Of a DNA stretch of 39,693 nucleotides, positions 9,199-16,107 are shown one piece after another. The translations under genes were made by a program, and so were the position numbers. The DNA lies in the IMG/VR virus record IMGVR_UViG_3300023196_000438, positions 1 to 39,693 of that record, one strand, 5' to 3'. The stretch is from a virus. Lineage: Duplodnaviria; Caudoviricetes. Under the pieces are notes generated by a model. That model was given only the letters and a program-made list of their open reading frames with translations. It was not told the DNA's origin and ran no database searches. How positions within the stretch are numbered: the first letter of the stretch is position 1; each line of letters begins with the position of its first letter.

Positions 9199-10734
9199 TC
9201 AGAGTTTCGCATAGGGGTCATAGTCATCCTTTTGGTTACGCCGGCCATACTCCATGGCAATTGATCGCTTTGGCGTGTCCATCATGGCCAAGCAATAGGC
9301 TGATGCGTAGTCCGGTGAGCGGCCAATGCGCTCAAAGATTTCCTCCCGGCTGGCCACCGATATGGTCTGGCCGACCAGCTTCCACGTTGGCGCACATAGG
9401 TCAGCGAACAGCCGTGGATCAGGCGGCAACGATATGCCAGTATTGTTTGCCGGGTCCAGCGCTTCACGCATGCGCCACCACAGCTCGGATCGCTGGTTCT
9501 TGAACCGCAGCCGGCCAGACTTGTCGAGGCCAAGCGCAGACTCCGCCACGTTGACGCCGAGCACCTGCTGGTTAGACTCGTTCAGGAAGTCGTAGGGGCT
9601 CGATCCGACGCCGATGACGTCAATGTGTATCGGAGCCCTGTCTCGCAGCGCTGAGATCACCAGACCGGCCACAGTGGGGCCATCAGGCGTGGCACTGCCA
9701 GCATAGGCCAGCGGCTCGTCAAACCACATGCCATGGCGTCTGGCGATGATGGTCTGGTCTTTGCCACCTCGGGCCACGTCGACGCCCATGCTGTCCATTG
9801 GCGGCAGCTTGAGCGGCTTGACCCACCGGGCCTGCGCAGCCTCGACCCATTCGGTCGGGATCACCTGCCACGGGTCATCTTCCATGCCGGCGCTAAAGTC
9901 GCCATTGAGCATCTGTGAGCGCAGCGGCTCGGGCATTGCCTGCAGTGTGGCCATGTATCCGGTTCCCATGAGGTAAGGATTGTCTGAGATTCGCGACGGG
10001 ATGAAGGTCCGGGACATCGGCTTGATGATCTCGCCATTGTGCTCGAACTCGGCACCGGACGCGACCTCGACATCCTTGCCATCGACGGTCGCAAAGTATC
10101 GCAGCTCGCCGGGCTCAGCCGGGTTCGGGTGCTTCTTGTCCAGCCATGGCGCGAAATAGGCGATGATCCAGCGGCCTTCCGCGGTCGTGGGTGGGTTGAA
10201 TGTCAGTAAGGCTTGGCAACGCTGTGACAGGTCTGTGGTACGTAGCCAGCCCATCAGGAAGCGCACCTGTATCTCGCGCATGTTGGCGGCTTCGTCGAAG
10301 ACTAGCAGGTCATGTGGCCGGCCTTGATATTTCTTCTCATCACCAAGGTTTGGGAACGATCCGAACTCGATCTGCACATCGACACCGTCGCCACGCTTTG
10401 TGCGCCAGATGTTGTTCGACCCGTTGTACCCATTGCGGTTGCCGATAAGGTCTGTGAATCGGTCGATGACGCCGGTCAGCTCGGTGCCGTTCAGGCGGAA
10501 GATGCCTATCTTGCGATGATTGGTCAGCGCTTTGCCACACGCCAAATCTGTCTTACCACCCCCTGCCGCTCCTCCATAGCCAATGATATCGGCCTCGGAG
10601 TAATAAGCCATGGATTGTGGTCCGGGTAATGGTCGCCAAATGGTTTTGTCTGCAGCCAGCAGAGCATCGAGCTCCGCCATTTCTTCAGGCGTGAGGTACT
10701 GCAGAATCTCAGGATCGAATTCATCGACAGTCAT
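9199..10734 (-). CDS. terL: Terminase large subunit
   Basis: Walker A YGGAAGGGKT, Walker B LLVFDEA, TFNP coupling motif, nuclease GVDVARGGKD and RSPD. Confidence 0.95.
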   Translation of the reverse strand: MTVDEFDPEILQYLTPEEMAELDALLAADKTIWRPLPGPQSMAYYSEADIIGYGGAAGGGKTDLACGKALTNHRKIGIFRLNGTELTGVIDRFTDLIGNRNGYNGSNNIWRTKRGDGVDVQIEFGSFPNLGDEKKYQGRPHDLLVFDEAANMREIQVRFLMGWLRTTDLSQRCQALLTFNPPTTAEGRWIIAYFAPWLDKKHPNPAEPGELRYFATVDGKDVEVASGAEFEHNGEIIKPMSRTFIPSRISDNPYLMGTGYMATLQAMPEPLRSQMLNGDFSAGMEDDPWQVIPTEWVEAAQARWVKPLKLPPMDSMGVDVARGGKDQTIIARRHGMWFDEPLAYAGSATPDGPTVAGLVISALRDRAPIHIDVIGVGSSPYDFLNESNQQVLGVNVAESALGLDKSGRLRFKNQRSELWWRMREALDPANNTGISLPPDPRLFADLCAPTWKLVGQTISVASREEIFERIGRSPDYASAYCLAMMDTPKRSIAMEYGRRNQKDDYDPYAKL

Positions 10735-11225
10735 TTGCTTTTGCGTTGATTTGCCGCGGCCATGAGCGCCTTGATCTTTGCTGCGCGTTCGTTATCGTTG
10801 ATCTCAATTGGTCCGCCGTCAGAGCCCGTATGCTCGTTGACAATGCGGTCGCCGTATTTCTTTGGGTTCCATTTGGCCAGCAGCTTCAGCCTGTACTCAG
10901 CCCGGTTGCGAAGCCATGCGACATAAGCACTGTCATATTTCGGATTGTCGCCGCCGGTCATAGCAGGCATTGTGTCGACAATCGCAAGCGCTTCTTCAGC
11001 AATGATATCGGCCCCAACATCCCGTGCTTGCGCGAAGCGTGCCATAAACTCTTTGTCTTTTTCCAACCAATGGTAAACGGTCCTGAACGGCGGATTGCCT
11101 TCTTGCCGGCAATATTCGCGCAAAGGCTTGCCATCGGATATCCACTCGATGATCTCTTCGACTTTATCTTGCGGCACGGATTCAACAGGCCGCCCAACTT
11201 TTTTAGGCTCAGTCTCCTTTTTCAT
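10731..11225 (-). CDS. terS: Terminase small subunit
   Basis: GRP...IIEWISDGKPLREYCR...TVYHWL HTH-like N-terminus and LAKWNPKKYGD; ATGA overlap with terL. Confidence 0.88.
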   Translation of the reverse strand: MKKETEPKKVGRPVESVPQDKVEEIIEWISDGKPLREYCRQEGNPPFRTVYHWLEKDKEFMARFAQARDVGADIIAEEALAIVDTMPAMTGGDNPKYDSAYVAWLRNRAEYRLKLLAKWNPKKYGDRIVNEHTGSDGGPIEINDNERAAKIKALMAAANQRKSK

Positions 11226-11472
11226 TTTTGATAACCTTTATCCATCGATGAGGGGTTTGTGCTCGGCGTTCGTAACGGCAGATTTTAGCGATTGCATGCT
11301 TTGAGATACCGACAGCTTCAGCGATCTGTTGGTATGTCATGGCCATATCTTCCCGCATGTCTCGGATTTTATCGATGATTTCATCCGTGAACTTTGCGTT
11401 GTGGTGATGCTGGCCGATACGACGCCCGAGCTCGTTTAGAGGGACCATCATAGGCTTGCCCTTTGGCTTCAC
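11209..11472 (-). CDS. Helix-turn-helix DNA-binding protein (candidate late activator)
   Basis: MTYQQIAEAVGISKHAIAKI is a clear HTH; overlaps the terS start. Confidence 0.8.
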   Translation of the reverse strand: MKPKGKPMMVPLNELGRRIGQHHHNAKFTDEIIDKIRDMREDMAMTYQQIAEAVGISKHAIAKICRYERRAQTPHRWIKVIKNEKGD

Positions 11473-11513
11473 TTTTTCGGAGGCTTGGGCGGCTTTTTAC
11501 CTTTACCGTACAT
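11469..11513 (-). CDS. 14-aa Lys/Pro-rich peptide MYGKGKKPPKPPKK
   Basis: Strong SD (AAAGGAGG) 5 nt before the ATG; its TGA overlaps the GTG start of the HTH gene. Confidence 0.65.
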   Translation of the reverse strand: MYGKGKKPPKPPKK

Positions 11514-11546
11514 GGCGTCCTCCTTTCGTGGTGGTTGATGGGCGGG

Positions 11547-11577
11547 ATTATCTTCTTCTGTTGCGCTGAAGGCAACA
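11547..11577 (-). promoter_or_regulatory. Sigma70-like promoter TTGCCT-N17-GATAAT overlapped by palindrome TGTTGC-N7-GCAACA
   Basis: -35 at 11570-11575, -10 at 11547-11552; inverted repeat 11559-11577. Confidence 0.65.
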
Positions 11578-11635
11578 ACTTTTTGAGCGGGAGTTTGCCG
11601 CTTCCGCCAGAGTGATGGTGGCCGCGGCTGGTTGA

Positions 11636-11839
11636 TCATTTAATTTTGTAGGCCATTTTGTTTTTGACGCTCTGCGGTATCTTGGGTTTTGGACACCAAG
11701 CCAGACAGTCATTAGTCCAGTTGCCTACGATCAGCACACCGCCGGCATTAAGCAAAAGAACGCTTGCCCCTTTAGGTGGTGGCTCAAGATCTGGATCGCG
11801 AAAGTACAGCTCATCTGTTGTGATGGGTTTATCAAGCAC
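11636..11839 (-). CDS. Hypothetical protein (67 aa)
   Basis: PPPKGASVLLL...AWCPKP resembles small DUF551-type phage proteins; overlaps the upstream gene. Confidence 0.7.
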   Translation of the reverse strand: MLDKPITTDELYFRDPDLEPPPKGASVLLLNAGGVLIVGNWTNDCLAWCPKPKIPQSVKNKMAYKIK

Positions 11840-12101
11840 CGTTCTTCTCCCGCAGCATCACGCACTCCATGTCTTCCCACTTGCAGACGGGTTCCTCCTT
11901 GCACTGGATAACAAAGCCTTCGTGGTCACCATCGCCACCACACGATTGCACCTCGTATCCGTAATCGCCGACCTGCACGATCATCGGTGCGTCTGGGTTA
12001 ATCATGTCGCTTTTATCTTTCCACTTGCTGTTTTGCCATTCATGCTCAACATCCATCATGGTTGCCATGACGAAACGCATCGACTGTGATTTAAAAATCA
12101 T
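11832..12101 (-). CDS. Hypothetical protein (89 aa)
   Basis: GAGGAG RBS, ATGA coupling. Confidence 0.7.
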   Translation of the reverse strand: MIFKSQSMRFVMATMMDVEHEWQNSKWKDKSDMINPDAPMIVQVGDYGYEVQSCGGDGDHEGFVIQCKEEPVCKWEDMECVMLREKNGA

Positions 12102-12238
12102 TTCGTGTTCTCCTCATCTCCAAAGTCCATGTCAACAGAGTGCGGCACATCGTCATGCACGATCACGCCATCTTCTTCAGGCAAGAACCTGCCGCATACA
12201 ACGCAGTAGTAGCCTTCCTCGCGTGTTAGTGTGATCAT
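12098..12238 (-). CDS. Small CxxC protein (46 aa)
   Basis: Not in the ORF track. MITLTREEGYYCVVCGRFLPEEDGVIVHDDVPHSVDMDFGDEENTK with ATGA overlaps at both ends. Confidence 0.7.
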   Translation of the reverse strand: MITLTREEGYYCVVCGRFLPEEDGVIVHDDVPHSVDMDFGDEENTK

Positions 12239-12519
12239 GCTTCCACCCCGCACACTTTCTCCATATAAGCGACATACAGTTCCGCTGCGTTTGCAAACTC
12301 TCGACTGTCACCGTCCAAAAAATAAGCAACCTTACTATCCTTCCACCCAGAATAAATGTCGCCGTATCGATTGCGCTTTGTGATGGTTTCTTTTTGAATG
12401 CCCAATCTTTCATTGCGAAACATTCGTTGTGCGCCCCAATCACCAACTGTTCCTAGCGTGTAAAGAAATTTTGTTGTGCAAAATTCTTCGTAGGTCATTT
12501 CCTCGCGTGTTAGTGTGAT
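12215..12519. repeat. 21-bp exact direct repeat TTCCTCGCGTGTTAGTGTGAT (12215-12235 and 12499-12519)
   Basis: Read directly; encodes ITLTREE at the start of two adjacent genes. Confidence 0.9.
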
Positions 12520-12525
12520 GGTCAT
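12235..12525 (-). CDS. Hypothetical protein (96 aa)
   Basis: AGGAG RBS, ATGA overlaps on both sides. Confidence 0.7.
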   Translation of the reverse strand: MTITLTREEMTYEEFCTTKFLYTLGTVGDWGAQRMFRNERLGIQKETITKRNRYGDIYSGWKDSKVAYFLDGDSREFANAAELYVAYMEKVCGVEA

Positions 12526-12707
12526 TTTTTATATTCTCCTTTTATCCATCGCTTCATTGCGAGGTATTGTCCCCGTTGCGTATCACCTGCCACGGTTAGT
12601 TGTGCTGCGCTCAAACCTATTCCCATTTCTTTAAACGCATGTTCGTTGAGATTCTTGTGTGCATGTTTTATCAGCTTGCGTAGACCCTTGGCTTTTTTCG
12701 CGTTCAA
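12522..12707 (-). CDS. Small basic hypothetical protein (61 aa)
   Basis: AAGGAG RBS, TTG start, NAKKAKGLRK N-terminus. Confidence 0.6.
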   Translation of the reverse strand: MNAKKAKGLRKLIKHAHKNLNEHAFKEMGIGLSAAQLTVAGDTQRGQYLAMKRWIKGEYKK

Positions 12708-12897
12708 GTTTTATTCTCCTTTTTTCTCGGCAGAATTGCCGTTGCTCCGTTGTAAAGTCTGGTGATATTTCTGCAATGTCACACCGCAGCATGTTTGGGT
12801 TATCGTTTTTTATTTGTGATGCCATAAACAAAGACGCCGCTGCAATGCATGCCATGTATGCGTATATCAATACTTCGTTAAGTTTTGGAGTTTCCAT
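12631..12897 (-). CDS. Membrane-anchored hypothetical protein (88 aa)
   Basis: N-terminal hydrophobic helix followed by CDIAEISPDF...C. Confidence 0.6.
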   Translation of the reverse strand: METPKLNEVLIYAYMACIAAASLFMASQIKNDNPNMLRCDIAEISPDFTTEQRQFCREKRRIKLEREKSQGSTQADKTCTQESQRTCV

Positions 12898-13199
12898 TGT
12901 GGTTTAAATTCCCTTGTAATGTTATCGAACCCAATAAATATTATTTTTTCCTCCGCGTAGTACCAACATCCATTTACAACATATTTATTTTTTTCGTAGT
13001 AATGTGCTTTGTAACTGTCAAGGCAAGGTATCACCATGTCATCTCTTACATAATCTGTGCGCTCATACATTGTGAAACGTTGTTTGGTTGTTGTTATTTG
13101 ATTGCCTTTTGTATCGATGTAGGTTTTATTGGCCATATAAAACTCAGCGCATGATGATAAACACATGCATGCAGCTGCAATGCTAATGATCCGAGTCAT
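12867..13199 (-). CDS. Putative lipoprotein (110 aa)
   Basis: From ATG 13199: MTRIISIAAACMCLSSC, a signal peptide ending in lipobox LSS-C; GGAG RBS. Confidence 0.6.
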   Translation of the reverse strand: MTRIISIAAACMCLSSCAEFYMANKTYIDTKGNQITTTKQRFTMYERTDYVRDDMVIPCLDSYKAHYYEKNKYVVNGCWYYAEEKIIFIGFDNITREFKPQWKLQNLTKY

Positions 13200-13449
13200 A
13201 AGCTTTTCTCCGTTTAACGTGTATTTCACGCATTACGTTTCTCAATTGATCCACAGAATCTTTCCCGCGAACCTTCTCTCTTTCCTCAAGCATTGCGCGT
13301 CTTGCCTGCAATGGAAACGTCAAAATAAATGATGCTTCACATTCCACGATCCACTTTGGGCAATATGTGCAAACTTGATTTCCATCAATCAGCGTGACCA
13401 ATCCTTTCTTGGCGTGTGCTCGATTGCATTCGTTGGGATCGCAGCTCAT
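13183..13449 (-). CDS. Hypothetical Cys-containing protein (88 aa)
   Basis: ATGA coupling; CxxxxC, CTYC and ECEA. Confidence 0.7.
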   Translation of the reverse strand: MSCDPNECNRAHAKKGLVTLIDGNQVCTYCPKWIVECEASFILTFPLQARRAMLEEREKVRGKDSVDQLRNVMREIHVKRRKAYDSDH

Positions 13450-13682
13450 GCTAAACCAAAAATTTTTCCAAAGCGTGAAAACACATTCATCACTGGCTTG
13501 AATGCTTGCCTTACGCTGTTTTTATCGTTCAGCATGACGTTTTGCCAAACGTATTCATCGTCATCATCGCAGGCTGCTGGCGGCGGTTGATATGCGCACC
13601 CGATCAAAACTTTGCCGGTGTTTATAATCACAGTTTTTTTATGGTCATACTTTTTTTCGAATTCCATTTTTTCGAATTCCAT
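13446..13682 (-). CDS. Hypothetical protein (78 aa)
   Basis: AAAGGA RBS before ATG 13682; begins with a duplicated MEFEK. Confidence 0.65.
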   Translation of the reverse strand: MEFEKMEFEKKYDHKKTVIINTGKVLIGCAYQPPPAACDDDDEYVWQNVMLNDKNSVRQAFKPVMNVFSRFGKIFGLA

Positions 13683-13683
13683 T

Positions 13684-14115
13684 TTAGTTTCCTTTCGAAA
13701 AATCAAAAATGCTTGTTGGGAAAAAAATCATGGGCTCCATGTCCTGCCAATCATTGCGATCTTGTCTGCCTGAAATTCGAACATCAAAAACATGTTCTTT
13801 CAAAACCTCAAGCGAACCTAATGCATCACGCCATTCAATAATCAGCATAAACGGAATGCCTGATATTTGTGACATGCGCAGACCTGCCCATATTTTTCCT
13901 GCGCTGATCATCAGTGTCTGATACTGGTTGACATCAACGTTACGGCATTTAATCTCAGCCCATGCGAATATGCCATCTTGATTCATGATTGCGTAGTCAA
14001 TGTTATATCGCACGGGCAGTTTACGTACATCACATCCCCAAGCTTCTGCGTATCGCGTAATTGCTTTGCGCTCTGCATCCAGCGTGACGTTGTTTTCGTA
14101 ATATGGTCTGTTCAT
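13684..14115 (-). CDS. PD-(D/E)XK-family nuclease
   Basis: YNIDYA...AWAEIKCR matches the D...ExK signature. Confidence 0.7.
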   Translation of the reverse strand: MNRPYYENNVTLDAERKAITRYAEAWGCDVRKLPVRYNIDYAIMNQDGIFAWAEIKCRNVDVNQYQTLMISAGKIWAGLRMSQISGIPFMLIIEWRDALGSLEVLKEHVFDVRISGRQDRNDWQDMEPMIFFPTSIFDFSKGN

Positions 14116-14525
14116 TTCGGCATCTCCATTTTTTGCCGGAGCTCGGCCAATATCTTTGCGACCTTCTGCTTGTTTCGCTCGATCTCTTCCTTTGATGGCT
14201 GGTAAGTCAGCGCTAATCCTGCTGCTGGAACGTGCGCTTGTCTCAGCATCTCTTTAAATTTTGGCAACGTCGGTGGATCATCAGGTAGATTGGCCAGCGC
14301 GATCTTAATCGTCTCTGGGTAGTCCACGTAACCTCCAAGGGCGTCTGCCCATGTGTTCATGGCGTTGACTACGCCGGTGTCCATGCCGTCCGCAGTGAGC
14401 TGCCCAAGCTTCCACATGTTGGCCCAGCGGTTTCCGTAATAGCCGTGCATGGTATTAAAAATCCTCTGCACCCAAGAATCCGGCAATCTGCGCGGGTGGG
14501 TTGATATCGATTGTTCGTTGCCCAT
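14112..14525 (-). CDS. Replication protein P-like helicase loader
   Basis: WVQRIFNTMHGYYGNRW...W...PPTLPKF; directly downstream of and overlapping the initiator. Start codon uncertain. Confidence 0.6.
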   Translation of the reverse strand: MGNEQSISTHPRRLPDSWVQRIFNTMHGYYGNRWANMWKLGQLTADGMDTGVVNAMNTWADALGGYVDYPETIKIALANLPDDPPTLPKFKEMLRQAHVPAAGLALTYQPSKEEIERNKQKVAKILAELRQKMEMPK

Positions 14526-15234
14526 CGTCGATGTTCCTTTCGTCTCCAAAGATTGCCCTTGCGAAAGCAAGGTTCGATGCCTGATTTGGGGTCAGGCTTT
14601 TCTCCGCATTGGTCTTTACCCAGTCTGCGTTGAATCCAGTCCAGCCTCGAAGGCAGATCAGCTGCAGTGCTGCGTCAAGGGTCAGGCCGGCCTTGGTAGC
14701 CTCCCGCTGTATTCCCTTTACTGCGGTAGCCGTGATCGGTGCCTTCTTGGCTTTGCGATGTTTAAGGAAGTCCAGCCATGTACTTTCCAAAACACCAACA
14801 GGCATTTCGATAGTCTTATCTTTCTTTATTGGTGTATGGTGTCTGGTGTCTGGTGTCTGGTGAGCATTGCGTTCGGTATGCGTTCGCATTGCATTCGCAT
14901 CAGATTCGCATTGCGTTTTATCCCACCTTACCCTAGCAGATGCCGCAGCTTTACTACGTTTCTCCCGATACCGCAGGATTTCTAAATCTGCTCGCTTGTT
15001 ATGCCACCCATCCTCTTCCAAGAAAAAAAATTCTTTCAACACGCTGTCAACCGCAGATTTTTCTTCCTTTGTTCTGGCACCAATCAACCGCTGAACCGCC
15101 GACAGATCCGCGGGTAAGGGCTTTTCCTCAGCGTAATATTTCCTGATCAGGCGACTGTAAGCAGCATCCTCCACGAAGGTTAGGTGGGCCGTGGCCTGCG
15201 CATAATCCCCGATGTGGTGCTCGTAATAGTTCAT
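14455..15234 (-). CDS. Replication initiator (DUF1376/YdaU-like N-terminus, lambda O-like architecture)
   Basis: MNYYEHHIGDY...HLTFVEDAAYSRLIRKYYAEEKPLP; low-complexity linker containing iterons; C-terminal WLDFLKHRKAKKAPIT...GWTGF. Confidence 0.85.
   Translation of the reverse strand: MNYYEHHIGDYAQATAHLTFVEDAAYSRLIRKYYAEEKPLPADLSAVQRLIGARTKEEKSAVDSVLKEFFFLEEDGWHNKRADLEILRYREKRSKAAASARVRWDKTQCESDANAMRTHTERNAHQTPDTRHHTPIKKDKTIEMPVGVLESTWLDFLKHRKAKKAPITATAVKGIQREATKAGLTLDAALQLICLRGWTGFNADWVKTNAEKSLTPNQASNLAFARAIFGDERNIDDGQRTIDINPPAQIAGFLGAEDF
14830..14918. repeat. Putative replication origin: five 11-bp iterons plus TGGTGTC heptamer repeats
   Basis: 14864-14918: GCATTGCGTTC GGTATGCGTTC GCATTGCATTC GCATCAGATTC GCATTGCGTTT; 14830-14862: about 4.5 copies of TGGTGT(C/A); AT-rich tract adjacent. 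Confidence 0.75.
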
Positions 15235-15425
15235 TACGCACCCGCCTTTGCGGCCTGATCTAATAGCCCTCTGACCTTGTCAGTGACCGCGGTCGATCCC
15301 TTTTTTGTGCAGTCTACGCACCCGGCATTGATGACATACCGTTCATTGCATCCGCACTTTGGGCACGGCTTACCGGTATATTTCCGCTGGCCTTGTCTGG
15401 CCGCTGTAATTCTTGGGGACTCCAT
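15234..15425 (-). CDS. Small zinc-finger protein (63 aa)
   Basis: YTGKPCPKCG...RYV...CVDC; GGAG RBS before ATG 15425; TAATG overlap with the initiator. Confidence 0.75.
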   Translation of the reverse strand: MESPRITAARQGQRKYTGKPCPKCGCNERYVINAGCVDCTKKGSTAVTDKVRGLLDQAAKAGA

Positions 15426-15453
15426 TTTAGCTCCATGTGTTTGTGGTAGCTGG

Positions 15454-15484
15454 ATTATAAATCCAAAACACATGAGTCGGTCAA
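15454..15484 (-). promoter_or_regulatory. Possible promoter for the replication operon (TTGACC-N19-TATAAT)
   Basis: Near-consensus hexamers but a 19-bp spacer; A-tract upstream; palindrome over the -10. Confidence 0.45.
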
Positions 15485-15498
15485 GCTTTTTTTAAGCG

Positions 15499-15527
15499 AA
15501 AAAAATCCCCGTCTTTCCGGGGTGTCA
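15499..15527 (-). terminator. Intrinsic terminator-like hairpin (copy 2 of the TGACA/GAAAGA hairpin)
   Basis: Minus strand TGACA-CCCCG-GAAAGA-CGGGG-A-TTTTTTT. Confidence 0.65.
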
Positions 15528-15532
15528 TGCGA

Positions 15533-15679
15533 TTAATTGCAGGTCGTATTGCAGTTGCCGCCATAGCAGCAGGTGGTGCAGTAGACGCATTGTCCGTTGC
15601 TGCAATAGGTGTTGTAGGTACAGGCTGCGTAGCTCATTGTTGCGGTAGCTGCCAGCCAAATGGCGATGATGTATTTCAT
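15533..15679 (-). CDS. Secreted cysteine-rich miniprotein (48 aa, 8 Cys)
   Basis: GGGGAG RBS; signal peptide MKYIIAIWLAATATMSYA then ACTYNTYCSNGQCVYCTTCCYGGNCNTTCN. Confidence 0.8.
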   Translation of the reverse strand: MKYIIAIWLAATATMSYAACTYNTYCSNGQCVYCTTCCYGGNCNTTCN

Positions 15680-15699
15680 ATGGCTCCCCTTGGTTAAAT

Positions 15700-15796
15700 G
15701 CCGGTCTTTCCCGGCTGTCAGGTTACTCGCTGCGTCCGTCTGCAATACCGGCGACCTTTTCAGGCGGCGAGTCGCACAACGACATCCGCTTTTACC
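15700..15796 (-). ncRNA. Candidate structured cis-regulatory RNA
   Basis: About 100 nt non-coding in a dense genome; nested complementarity plus hairpin TGACA-GCCGG-GAAAGA-CCGGC. Confidence 0.45.
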
Positions 15797-15798
15797 AA

Positions 15799-16098
15799 TT
15801 ACAAATCGGCTTCCTTCACAAACACGCCGTTGATCATCTTGCCTTTGCGGTCCTTGATTTCGTCATAGGCCATCTGAATGCAGCTCTCGATCTTGACGCC
15901 GTACTGCTCGGCCAGAATGGTTAGGACCACCACCGTGTCGCCAATACCGTCCATGATCTTTGAGCCATTGTTTCTGGCCACGCCTGCAGCCAGCTCGCCC
16001 CCTTCCTCGAGCAGCTTGACCATTTGCTTTTCCGGAGTGCTGCCGGCAATCAGATTGCGCTGGTGGGCCCAGCCGCGGATATTGATAAATTCTTGCAT
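15799..16098 (-). CDS. MazG-like nucleotide pyrophosphohydrolase
   Basis: KLLEEGGEL...DGIGDTVVVL...AYDEIKDRKGKMINGVFVKE. Confidence 0.88.
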   Translation of the reverse strand: MQEFINIRGWAHQRNLIAGSTPEKQMVKLLEEGGELAAGVARNNGSKIMDGIGDTVVVLTILAEQYGVKIESCIQMAYDEIKDRKGKMINGVFVKEADL

Positions 16099-16107
16099 GC
16101 TGTCACC

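Noticed and set aside
11587-11607. Hairpin GCGGGAG-N7-CTTCCGC as a terminator of the early operon
   Set aside because: On the transcribed minus strand it is followed by an A-run rather than a U-tract.
14830-14918. CRISPR-like array
   Set aside because: Repeats are contiguous 7- and 11-mers without spacers, inside a CDS; better explained as iterons.
15700-15796. tRNA gene
   Set aside because: No cloverleaf, T-loop GTTCRA or acceptor stem.
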